Below are positions 13,889-27,000 of a stretch of 64,000 nt of DNA, one piece after another. Each line of letters opens with the position of its first letter. The stretch's first letter is position 1. The position numbers and the translations under genes are program-made. The notes beneath the pieces are model-generated. The model had not been told where the DNA came from, made no database searches, and worked only from the letters and a program-made list of their open reading frames with translations. This DNA is from Hormiphora californensis (Eukaryota > Animalia > Ctenophora), in NCBI GenBank assembly GCA_020137815.1, contig CM035360.1, positions 806,001 to 870,000 of the forward strand, in the 5' to 3' direction.

Positions 13889-16800
13889 CGAAATGGATGA
13901 CACCCCTGTCTGTCTATCTATCCGTCCCTCCTTCATCTCTATCTGTCTCAGATCCAGTGGAACTAGGAAGATGGATAGTGAGACAGATATCTAGATGAAG
14001 GAGGGACGGATAGATAGAATGGAACTTCCACATTCATTTTAAGACATCTCCTTCATTCCTCATCACTCTTACCTCTATCTATCGCTACGTCTATCTCTCT
14101 TTGTTCCTAGTTTCAAACTTTTCAACACTACTTTAAACAAATTAATTTGAGTTTGCCGTCAATCGTTCCGATAACTGTGTTAGCATCTATTCTCTAATCT
14201 TATAGATCTCTGTTAGGCCTACTTTAACTTAACTTACGAGTGATATCAGTGAAGAGTTTGCTGTTGGCCGGCGTGCAACGGGTGTTTTAGGATGACCGTT
14301 ACGAGTAATTATGACATATGTATCACTAAGAGTGATTTTGAAGACGTGTTATCAGGAGAAGTATTTAGTAATGATTATAAGGGTAGTGATTTGTTAGTGT
14401 GCCTTGGGAGGGGTGACACTGTTTGTCCGTCGTCTGTCCATAAACCTCAGTTGTGGCATCTCCTCAAAGCCTGTTACAACATGCTTCCGGCGTCGGCACC
14501 GTTTTCTGTTCCTGGAGACCAGACTGATCTGAAAGAGTCGTTTGCAAAGCTGCACAAGGATCTGGTTTCCACTATCTCTGCTTTGGTCAAACCTATGGAA
14601 AATAGTAGAAGTGATATTGGTGGTGGTGATCCAGAGGAACCGGTTACACCTACGATGAAACACTATGTGAATATTAAAACTGGCATCAATGAGGAAGGAG
14701 GACCAGGATTCTGTGCGAAGAAGTGGACTGATGAGGTCAAACCCAAAGTGGAAACTGCGTTGAAGACGATACCGGTGGTGAGATCCAGAGTGAACAGTGA
14801 CCATACCCGGCTGTATTTCCCTAATGAAGACCAGATGAAGGAAGCAGAGAAAGTTTTGACTCCTCTTGCACAGGACTGTTCTATGTCATTCTTCTCAGAG
14901 GAAGCCAAGAAGCTTGAACCAAAGGTTACCATTAATGATTTGAACCCTGAACTACTGGAAAAGGAGACTATCCTGGCAGCGATTTTGGACAAAAATGAGG
15001 ATATCAGAAAGCTTTATCATGAGGATAAGAAGTTGAAAGTGGTGTTTGTGAGCGAAAGAGATAGGTATGCAGTGATCCAGATGGCTCCAGAGATCCGGAG
15101 GCTTTTGTCTAACAACGGTGATAAACTCAATTTAGGTCTTCGACAACATTTTGTCAAGAACAGGTATCATGTGATTCAATGCTATCACTGTCAAGGATAC
15201 GGACATATAGCAGGCTCAATCTACTGTCCTCAGAAGGAAAATCCTGTGTGCTGTTTTTGTGCTGGAACACACCAGACAAAGGACTGTAGAGCAAAGAAGA
15301 CAACGAGACTGGTAAGATGAAGATTGGGGAAACGTGGGGGGGAGGATCAAGAGAGGACAAGAATATGCGAGGCCATACAGTTCTAGTTGTGGTTCCTCGA
15401 AAATCAATGAACGAGCACGGCTTATGGGAGGCTTAGGTGTCAGCAACAGAAACGCCCCCCCCCGAACCGGTTTTTTTTTCCACCGAACCGAAAGAACCGA
15501 AAAAACCCGAACCAAACCCAACCCAAAACCGTTTGGTAAAAAATTTTTTTTTTTTTTTTTTTCTATATAAATGTTTCTCTAAAAAGTCTGGAAGCCCCGA
15601 TCAGGGTATTGAGAATATTTCTGAAATTTTTTTTAAAAAAAAATGTTTGAAAAATTTAAAAAATAAATTTTTTTGTGAAAAATTTTCAAAGTAAATTTTT
15701 TATCGTAAATTTTCTATTAAATTTTTGCGTACGAATCGTTTTTCGAATCGGCAATGCTATACGGAATGGTATTGCTAATTAGCAGATTAAAACGAACCAT
15801 GAAGTGTCTCTCTAAATTCCTAATAATTTTGAGGGGGGATCACGTATCAGCACAATCCATCTCGGACCCACTAATTACCAAATCACCCCTTTTTAGCATT
15901 GTCGTTAAAAACACATTCGTTACCAAATTTACTAAAAATATTCTTCACAAAAAAATTTCAAAAAATTTAGGAATGTTTCTCAATCCCTTTGATCGATGCT
16001 CTCCATGAATTTTTAGAAAACATTTAATTTTGTGAAAAAATTTTGTAAAAAATTTCAAGTATTTCGGAAAAAAATTCTATGTCTTTTTTGCCGTACGATC
16101 GTGTTGCGAATCGGTGATGCATGCGGCATGCTCTCGCAAATTTACGGGATTTTTTGAAACAAACGTTTCCCCAAAAACTTCCTAATTATTTTATGGGGAT
16201 CAGTATAGCTAACCCATCTCGGACCCACTAATTAGCAACATCACTCCCGTTTAGCAATACCGATTCAAAACACATTCGTAGCAAAATTGAATAAAAATTT
16301 TTTCCAAAAATTTTTACTTTAAATTTTTTCCCAAACTTTTTTTACAAAATTTAAAGGGAAGATTCTTAACCCTTGACGGTGCTCTCCATGATTTTTTAAA
16401 AAAAAATTTTCGGGTTTTTGTTACCCCCCCATGAGGACACGATTCCGGGGGAATCAGGTTCAATAAATCCTATCGAACCCCAACTGCAAAATCTTTTTCC
16501 AATAGCCCACCGATTCGAAATGGGGTTAATCGGCGAAATTGACTTTAAAATTCCAATTTTCTGAATAATTAAAAATTTTTTGAAGGGAAAAGACCTTTTT
16601 TTGGGGCATTTTTTGCCAAAAAATTCGGGGGTTGGGCCCCAAAAATTTCCTACCGAACCGAACCGAACCGAACCCAAAAAAAAAAAAACCCCCAAAATTT
16701 TCCGAACCGAACCAACCGAACCAAAATATTCGGTCGCTTCCTGGTCAGCAAAGAGGAAAAAAAAAAAAAAAAACCTTACGGACGAGGACAAAGGGGAGGA

Positions 16801-19800
16801 ACTACACAGGAAAGATTTGGGAAAGATTGGGACTTAAAAGCCGCTCTTTTGTCAAAAAAACGGGAGGTGTTTTTCAATCGGAAACCTGATTGTGATATTG
16901 TCTCATACGGAAAACTTTTTTTAAAGTCCACAACAGGGGGAAAACTCCAAGAATCAAGATAAGGGATGGGATATATTTTCAGCCCAGGGGAGACCGAGGA
17001 GGGGGGGGTTTGGGAAATTCTCTTTCGGATGGTTGGTTCTTCGCAGTGTCCGGTGAAGAATAAGTAAAATCATTTCAAGTTCAAAGGTTCTCATCAGTAA
17101 AGGGGCCAAACCGAAGAGACTTGTAATATTTCCCGCCCTCCAAAACACACCGAAGTCAAGACTTACGGGGGGCAATTTTCCTGTGGGGTTTTTGGTGACT
17201 ACCTTCTGAGCTTTTTTATGAAACAAGGTACCCCGATTATCGTGGAGACCCCAAATTTCCCGGTGCAAGATGCTAAAATTCTATCGAGGAAAATGTTGGG
17301 GCTCCTGGGTTTGTTTTTTACCCAACAAAAGGGGACCACTGTTTCCACTTAAGCAGGAGGGACCTTGGATCTGGTGATAACTAGGGGGGGGAAACTGCTC
17401 TGGATGACATATCCATCTTTCCCCAAAAGGACTACTTCAATCATTCCCGGTGCGGTTTGGGGTTTAAGTGAGACCTGACCTGTTAAATCCCCCGGGGAAA
17501 AAATCGTTTCGAGAATATGTGGATACAAGTCAATGGATTTGGAGGGATTTTAAAAAAAGGACTTGAAGAAAGCAGATTTTTAGGAAAAGGGGGGATCCAG
17601 AGGAGGGGTTTGAACTTCATCGTTCGGGGAAGGGGTTGGAAAACGAGTACCAGAAGGGGGGGGAGGCGGGGAAAAGTTTAAACCCTGGAGGGTGAGGAAC
17701 TTTGGGGATTACTTCGTAAGAGGGGGAGTGCGGAAAGGATTTGGCGGAAACTGGAACTGAGGATGCGAAACGGGAGATTTAAAGATCTAAAAAACTGTAT
17801 GGAAAATGGATAAGGACAAAAGGGGACTTTTCATCAAAGAGGATTTGGATCAGCAAGGGATCCGAAAAAATACAAAAAAACTCCAAAAAACCCGGGAAAA
17901 AAAAAATGAAATATTCTCCCTGAAAAAAAAAATACTCTAAAAGCTTTGGTGATGATTTCTCAAGTTTTTTAGTTCCAAAATGACCAAAATTCGGAACCCA
18001 AGTTAACGAAAAAACCAACAAGCTGGTGAATTTGAGGGGCCGGAAGAAATTTTCATACAAAGGGAAGGAATTAAGAGGTATCTGAGGGGGAACTTGTTTA
18101 ATTGTAAAACCCAGTCAAATAAAAACTTTTCACCCTTCCCCTTACCCCCTTGGGGAGTTAAGGGTGTATACGGGAAATTTTCCGTATTAAAATCAAAGGT
18201 AACCACTCTCTCCATCATTCAACAGTAGCAAAACTCTCCAGAAGGCGATCGTGTTCCCCCTATTAAAAATTGTAGGGGATCGGAAACTCTCAGTAAAAAA
18301 CCCTCCTGTTTCGAATATTCCCCTTCCCTTTTTAAGCTCCCGGAGAAAAGGTAGTTTCCCGCAGCTAATGATTACCTTGAAAGGGAATTCTCTTTTGGGC
18401 AACCCAGTCTGGTTATCGTGTTGGGCACAGCTGTGAAACTCTGTTAGCCAGCATGTTTGATGATGTATTAGGCGAGATGGATAAAGGAAATGTAGTGGCT
18501 CTCATTTGTTTGGACATGAGTGCTGCATTTGATACAGTGGATCATCGAAAGTTGTTGGAGGTGTTGCAGAATCGGTTTGGAGTTGATGGCGATCCTCTTC
18601 AATGGTTTAAGAGCTACCTGAGTTCCAGATCTTTCAGAGTCTCTGTGGGTGATTGTCTTTCGGAAACCCTGGCCTTACTATGTGGAGTACCCCAGGGGTC
18701 CCTTCTTGGTCCAATTTTGTTTCTACTATACATTGAAGCTGTGCAAGACATTGTGGAGCCTTATGGTCTTCGGATAAAACTATACGCGGATGACTCCCAG
18801 CTCTATGTGAGTCTGGTTCCTACGGATTCTACTGGCTGGTCGGAGGCAAAGGTGGATATTGAGGAATGTCTGGCAAAGGTGAAGAGGTGGATGGTAGGAC
18901 AGTGGTTGAAGTGCAACGAGGCTAAGACAGAATTCATCCTCCTTGGAAAACGCAGTTCGTTAAGTAAAGTCACTTTCGATCCAGTAATCAACTTCGGTGG
19001 AACTGAATCTTCCCTAGTGAATGTAGTGGAACAGATGGTAAGACACTAGGAATTCTCTTGGATCACAATCTAAATCTTGAACGACAGGTTAATAATGTGA
19101 GGAAACAGTGTGGACTGATATTACGGAATCTTTGGCAATTACACAAGTGTTTTGATGTTACAACAAAGATCATGTTGGTGAAACAGTTGATCATTTCCAG
19201 AATTGATTACAGCAATATTTTGTATTGTGGACTTCCTGGCCGAGTTCTGAGCGGGCTCCAGAAACTTCTCAATGCCTGTGTTCGATTTGTATTTAACCTC
19301 CATGGACACCAGGACAACTATATGGAGTATTTCAGGCAGTGTCATATTTACCGATCTCCTACAGGCTGGACTTCAAGCCTGTTTGATTGCCTATAAAATA
19401 GTCAATGGAACAGCCCCGTGTTATCTCCAGGATTTGGTGCCACGTGATGAGACTTGGGGAAACCTCTAGGACTACGAGGATGACTAATGTTCCGGATCCC
19501 TATAGGTTAAAACATCCAAAGATGACCAGTATTAATGCCAACTCTAAGTTGAGACGTAGGAGGTTATCAGTATTCCTGCCTTCTGTCTGGAATGAGCTTC
19601 CCCTTGAGCTCAGGTCAATCCCCAACGTGGAAACCTTCAAAACCCGGCTGAAAACACATCTCTTCGTTGGTGCATTTGGAGTGGGTGATGGGGAACCCAT
19701 GGCTGAGTTGTAATGTTTGTTGTAGTTGTGGGGCCTGCGGGCAATCAGTGTCATCCTCTCTCTAGCCATGTTATTATTTCACTACCTAGTATCCTTTTTC

Positions 19801-20603
19801 CTAGCAGGTGTAAGTAAAGTGTGTTTTGAATTTATATCCACAGGTTTATGGGACCAGTTATTCCTTCAGTTTTATAAGTCCAGTTAGTTTAGTCTTACAA
19901 TATACTGTTCTTTTTTCAACCAGAGTGTTCGTGTGTGTCATATATTTAATCGAGGATATACCGCTCTGATGACTCGTCGGAGCATTGCCAATATTTTGAC
20001 ATGTTTCCGTCGGGTATGGGCGGTATATAAGCGCGGAATATTATTATATTATTATTATTATTAGATTTCATGTTTTAGCTTCACATTAACTTTTGTACTA
20101 GAACACAAGGAATATTTCTATTCAGAATTTTGATTTTTGGTAGAAAAACACAAGGATTGTTTCTATTCCAAATTTTCGAATGGAAATTTTTCCTTTTTAT
20201 GAGATTTTTGAGAAAAATTTGCGGGTTTTCCCTGAAAAATCGGAAATTTGCCTCAAAAATCCCACGTTTTTTAGCCAAAAATCGAAAATCTCAAAAATCC
20301 CAGCTACCCTGAAAATCGCCAATGAGGCATGAGGTTCTTGCGGCAGGTTCTTTTTCAGTAGGGCGGGGCCTCATCGCCATAATTTTTTTTGTTGTTTAAG
20401 GGGGGGGGGGCTTGCTAAAGAGGAGAAGAAACTGCTATTTTCTCCCAACTTTCGGCTATTGAAGGAGAGCAAGGACCACTTGTAGACAGAGAGGAATCTA
20501 GATGTAATTGTGCAACTATGAGAGCCAGGGGGAATTCGGGGGAGTCAGATGCTAACCTCCACGACAGAGTAGCTGCTGGTTGACAATTACTATTTCTAAA
20601 GAG

Positions 20604-20670
<67 letters not shown>

Positions 20671-20722
20671 TCTCTCTCTCTATCTCTTTATCTCTATCTC
20701 TCTCTCTCCTTATCTCTCTCTT

Positions 20723-20798
<76 letters not shown>

Positions 20799-23700
20799 AT
20801 CTCTACAGGTGTTTTCTGTCACGTGTTGCGGTGATCACTGTTCTTCTCGAGATAGTGGTTATGATAATGACAGGCCGGTGTCTGTCACCCCTATTTTTAT
20901 AGCTCCGCCTCCATAGCTCATTTCTTAAGTTGGTAGCAGACACATATGCAGATGTAGTATAATCAACAAAATGTGATTGGATTGGAGCAAGACAAATGAT
21001 AAAACATTAACACGACTCCTAAAACAAGGGACTTGGTCATAACTAAAGAACTTCATGCTGCCAGGGCCCAGAGACCCAGTCCTACAGCCCCTAAACCTTA
21101 GGCTAAAGTCCCTACCTGCAGCGTACCGACAGTACCAACTTTTACCTATTATATATAACAGCACCTTTTACCTTTTACCTTATAGGGATGATTATACCTG
21201 TCTGGCGCCGCCGACCCCATCTGAGCGCACTGTCGAGAATCAAATTGGGGTATGGGCGCGCCGATACAGGGATATACGGGTATTTATACCTACTAAGTAC
21301 TACCTTTTCTGCTAGACGGCGTCTAAAAGTACTAGCATAGTTACTGGCATATAATATTATTTATTTACTGACCTTTTCTTCCTCTTCCACTTCCTCGACG
21401 CAATCAAAGAGATTTCTCAACTTTAATATCAAGTTTATTCCCATAGTTAGAAGAATTGAATGGACACGGACAAGGACTGTACGACATAATCTTCCGAGCT
21501 CTGATTGATCTGCTTCTCCATTCGATCTCAATTTATCAAAACACATGGACCACTCTTGCTGTGACTTTAAAGTGAGAAGTTTCTGGTAATGAACAAGTCT
21601 GGACAAATCGCCAGCATAGCCCCGCAATTACCATAACAACTGACTGTAGTCTTTTCTCAGATATTGTAATCTCAATCGTTTATTTGCTACCACACGGCTG
21701 TAATGGTTCCTGCCTTATTCAACTCATCTGATTCGATAGTGTCGGATTGACATCACGTTTTATTTTAATAACAAGAGTCTCATTCCTGAACCCCACTTTT
21801 CTTGACTGAAACAGGAGCACAGCTGTTGATGTTGTATGATCTGAGAAAAGGAAAAACGTCAAGAAAATTGGGGCTCCAGTAAATTGGGGGGGGGGGGGGG
21901 GGTGACACGTAACACTTTGTAACACTTGTAACATGTGCAGAAAACTTTTTGATGCACGTTACATGTTACAAGTTTTACATAGTGTTACAAAGTGTTACAT
22001 AGTGTTACAAGTGTTACATATGTACAAATTGTTAAAAGTGTTACAATTGTGTTACAAAGTGTTACAAATTGTTACTAAGTGTTACAAAAGGTGACCAAAA
22101 AAATTTTTCTAGCGTAAATACCGAAATAAATTTTACGTATTCGTATTCGGCTGAACCTAAGACATATTTCATGGTGTTTTATGCAACTTTGGTGACATAG
22201 ACACCGTGCGCCGACCAAGAGCTCACACACAGGTGTCTGCTCCGCCTCAAAAAGGGTCGTTTCTTTCAAGGGATGTAGCATGCGACTCCACTGGAACCGA
22301 TTTGCATCCGGTTTGTCGCAAAAGACTACAAATGATCCTACATATGGAAAATACCCGAGAAGTTCGTCTGTCAACAGGAAGTGGGTCAAAATTGACACTG
22401 AAAGTCAAACCTATAATCTGGCTTCCGAGAGTTTCTCGCACTACGCCCATGCAATTTAGAAGATATTGGGAGATATGTTGATGCAATTAGCATCAGCTAT
22501 TATGCCGGGTATTTTCCAGTACTTAACAAGAGTTCAGCCTATCTTCTGATACCCTCAGATGCATTCTACACCGTCTGGGAGTGGTGCAAAAAGGCTCGGA
22601 AGCCAGATAAGATTTGACTTCAGTGTCAATTTTGACCCACTTCCTGTTGACAGACAAGCTTCTCGGGTATTTTCCAGTAAACTAGGACCAATTTGTAGTC
22701 TTTTGCGACAAAACCGGATGCAAATCGTCCAGTGGATCACGTGCAATTGGCTTGAAAGACACGACCCTTTTTTAGGGGGCGGAGCGGACACCTATGTGCG
22801 AGCTCGATCTCGCACGCACTAGGTGTCAATGTCACCAAATGCAACATATCAGCTCAAATCGGGTACGCCGTTAGCGTGTACTGGTACCGGTTTTAAGCCA
22901 TATAAATATGTAACACTGTAACATTGTGTAACACTTTGTAACACTTGTAACATGTGCAGAAAACTTTTGTAGCGCGTTACATGTTACAAAGTGTTTACGT
23001 GTCACCCCCCCTAAATTGAAATAGGGTTCCGAGTTTCAAACCATGTATTATACCTACTCTTATAAACTCTCAGTTGTCAGTTTGTCCCAATCACCAGAGC
23101 AACAAGATCCAGCACCAGGACACCCAGGAACACAGAAAACAGCCGCACATATCTACCACACTACTAAAAATAACAGCCGGGAACTTTTGTAAGTTGGAAT
23201 ACTTTTTATTTCAATTCTTGCAGGGTATTATCGAGTGAGGGTACCCCTCAGTGAGTACTGAGTGGGATCCCTCAGGGGGTTACTCAACAAGCAGGGTATG
23301 CGGCCTTGAATATGGCTGGACAAGGAAAGATTGTGATGTCTAAACTAGGAACCGGCGATATTTGATATTTTGTTCTCGATTCGATATAATCGCCGCTTCC
23401 TAGTCTAAACAGACATGTCTCAGCCTACCAAAAAAAACTCATGTATTAACTACTACTAACTGAGCCGAGAACTAACNNNNNNNNNNNNNNNNNNNNNNNN
23501 NNNNNNNNNNNNNNNNNNNNNNNNNNNNNNNNNNNNNNNNNNNNNNNNNNNNNNNNNNNNNNNNNNNNNNNNNNNNCCTTCCAATTTTTTCCCGGGGTTT
23601 TTAAAAATATTTTATTCTTTAAAAACAAAAAAAAATTAAAAAAAAAACCCAAACAAACCAAAAAAGCACTGGATAGTTTAAAATAAAGCACGCAGTTGTA

Positions 23701-23856
23701 GAAAGTTAGATCGTCCACCTTATTTTCATGGTTTCTTCTAACCCCTTTTTCCTCGAGACATAGCCGTGTTTGACCCTTTAAGGTTTTTTTTTTTAAATAC
23801 GTTTTTTGGGGGTGGGTCCCCCCCTTTTTTGGGAATTTTAAATTTTTCCTCTCTAA

Positions 23857-23900
<44 letters not shown>

Positions 23901-24037
23901 GGGGGAAAAGGGGGGGAAAAGGGAAAAAAAAACGTGGGAGGGGAGGGGGAATCCCTTGAACCTTTTGGGGGAAAAAACAAAAATTTGTTTGGTGGGGGGG
24001 GGGGGGGGGAAGGGGGGGGGGGGGGGGGGGGGGGTTT

Positions 24038-24069
<32 letters not shown>

Positions 24070-27000
24070 GGGAGTTTTTCCCTCTCACTTTTTTTCCTCT
24101 TTCTCTCTTCCCCCTTTTTCCCTGGGTTTGTTATTATCAAAAAATAATATTGGATCTAACTCTCCCTTAGCCACCCCTCCCCATCCCCTTTTCTCCATTA
24201 AAAGTGTATTAACTTCCCCTATAAGTTAGATACGGGTTTAAAAATGGCTATTATTTTTTAGTGCCGAGGCCAAAGGCGAGTGTTCTAAACCAAAAATAAA
24301 AACCGAGACCGAAGGTGAGGTAGACCCTTTTATTAGCCCCGAGCTGCGAGGCCGTAAGTGAAATAGAGCGAGCCGCGAGCTCGTATTTGTACTTTTGGGG
24401 CCGGCCTGCGAGGCCCAAAAGTGAAAGAACTTTAAATTATTGTTGGTAATAGACATGTAAAAGCAGTCATCTTTTATTTGATGATTTTGGAAAAAAACGA
24501 TGAAAAAGTAAAAGATTGAGGAGAGAGAGAGAAAAAGGAAAAAGAATGGGAGAGAGAGAGAGAAGGGAGGAGGAGAGAGGAGAAGAGAGAGGAGAGAGAG
24601 AGAGGCGTGTGCAGTAGTCACACGCATAGTGCACACGCCTAACCTTATCTTTTTCCCCCTGCAACATAGGGCACTGATGCACGTGATGGCACACGCCAAT
24701 GAGCGTTCCGATTGTTTCCCCTCGCCCCGACCTTTTCCCACCCCCCACACAAAAACAAAAATTTTTTTCCCCCTTCCCTTCCCTCTTCCCCCCCCCTTTC
24801 TCCCTCTTTTCCCCTTCTTCTTTTCTCTCTTCTCTTCCCCTCCTTTTCCCCTCCTCCTCTCTCTTCTTTCCCACATCTTCTCCTTTTTTTTTTATCTCCT
24901 TTCTTCTCTTTTCTTTTCCTTTCCCTCTTTTTTTTTTTATCCGTTTCAGTTTAAGTTTGTAATGTAACTGTGTGCTGTGACTAGAAAGGTTAATTTTTTC
25001 AATACAAAACCAACTATTTAAAAAATACTAGTGTTTTGCAGTGGTCTAAGTTTTCACAGTACACTGTAACCGGTGGTCACGGTGTACTGTGAAAACTTAG
25101 ATAACCGGTTAAAATTGTCTAATACAAATTACCATACTAATTAACAAGATATAACAATAATACTAATTATAATGATGTTACAGGTGGTATTGTGCTGACG
25201 GAAATGTTATCGGACCACCGACCTAGTATTAACAAAGTGGCTACCATGGCAAAGAGCTTTATCAGCTATGAAAGTGAGGATGAAACAGCCAGCAGGGTGA
25301 GTGACATGAAATAGAATGACCGTGTGAGCCACATACAATACTCAGTGAGTATTGTGTGAGTATTGTGTGTGTGTGTGTGGCTCACACCGTCATTATATTT
25401 CATGTCATGAGGGTTCGGTGGATGAGGTGTATGATCTCATGGAGTCTTCCTTTTTAATCCCTAACCCAATATCCTCTTCTCTCCTGGGGTTCAACGGTCA
25501 CATGTATCTTACTTGTGTCCAATAGTTTGGCCATATCTCTCATCTCCGCAGAAAATGTCATGTTAGTAACATTATGTTACCTCTCATTTCCCTACAGGAA
25601 ATGTTAGTAACATTATGTTACCTCTCATTTCCCTACAGGGAATGTTAGTAACATTATGTTACCTCTCATTCATTATAATTAATTAATTATCTCTCATTCA
25701 GGGTAACCAAAAGAGGATGCCATCTCCGTATGCATCATTCACGGACATAGCAGCCCTTGTATCCCGTATTGATCCACCCAGCCCTGAGCCACCCCAACCC
25801 CGGAGACAGCTCAGTTGGCCGTCCGCTGCTTTTGGTGCGGAGCAATATGATACGGATGATAGCTCCTCCTCAGATGTAAGTAATAACTAAACTTTTTAAT
25901 AACTAAACTGAGATGTAAGTAATAACTAAACTTTTTAATAACTAAACTGAGATGTAAGTAACTTTTTAATAACTAAATTCAGATGTAAGGAATTTAATTA
26001 GTGGTCATTAGTTCAAATTAAATTAACATTTTAATAACTTAAGTGTACTCCTCAGTTGGTGTTCCTTAAAAGAAACACATTTCCGTTTCATATTAATTGT
26101 AACGTTTTTATAGTACAAATATGTGAGTATTTAACCAAACTAACTACCATTTATTAGGTGACTCATTGTACAAAACAGTAAACATTCTTTCTGACACTTT
26201 TTTATAGCCAAACCTCAAATAAACCCTTGCCCCGAGGTTAGAATGATATACTGTCTACGGAACGGTTCAGGACACATTTAGGACACATTGTGTCCCCAAT
26301 GTGTCCCCAATGTGTCCTTAAACGTTCTGTAGACGGTATTTCATTCTACCGCCTCGAGGAGCCAGGTAAATCGAGGTTTGGCTATTGTTCTACTCTCTCC
26401 TGTTGTAGAGGTACACAACTTAACCTCTTTCTCTATATACAGGGTGGACTGACTTAATTATCATTAATTAATTACCTCGACCAAAACGCGGAGTTTTTAC
26501 GTCAGCCGACCCGAAACCGGATTAAATTTTGCCACCCGCTGGTCTCAGGGCCTCCAAATATGTCAAAATATGTCTGAATTGTCATTTGGGGTCATTTAGA
26601 CCTTGTAATTACATGTAATTACCCTTTAATTACATGTAATTACATTTTAATTACATGTAATTACTTCCAATTACATTCCAATTACTTCAGCACCTCAAGA
26701 GCTTTCGAACGCACCCTAGAACACCTTTCTACTCCTTCTAATTGCCGAGTTCTGTATACCCCTTATTTTGACTGTTTTTCGCGTCCTACCCCTTATAGGT
26801 TTGGGTATGGCCATCGCCACACCCCCTATACGTCGCGGGACCTCGAGACCTTTCCAACGAGCCATAGAACACCTCTCTACTACTTCAGGGGGCTTCAAAA
26901 CTTTCACTCTAAAAATATCTATGGTTATGGTTTTATGGTTTATGGTTTTACCTCGACCAAAACGCGGAGTTTTTACGTCAGCCGACCCGAAACCGGATTA

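Larger units (their letters stand above)
14120..20062 (+). mobile_element. Near full-length LINE retrotransposon (L2/CR1-group-like), ORF1 + ORF2, (TTA)n tail
   Basis: Gag-like ORF1, RT ORF2 fragments and a 3' (TTA)n tail at ~20039-20062. The 5' boundary is approximate and the endonuclease region lies in distorted sequence. Confidence 0.85.

Noticed and set aside
15437-18436. Lys/Phe/Gly/Pro-rich ORFs
   Set aside because: Homopolymer-inflated low-quality sequence.
23577-24967. Poly-G/poly-C low-complexity ORFs and apparent G-quadruplexes
   Set aside because: Gap-adjacent unpolished sequence; not trustworthy.
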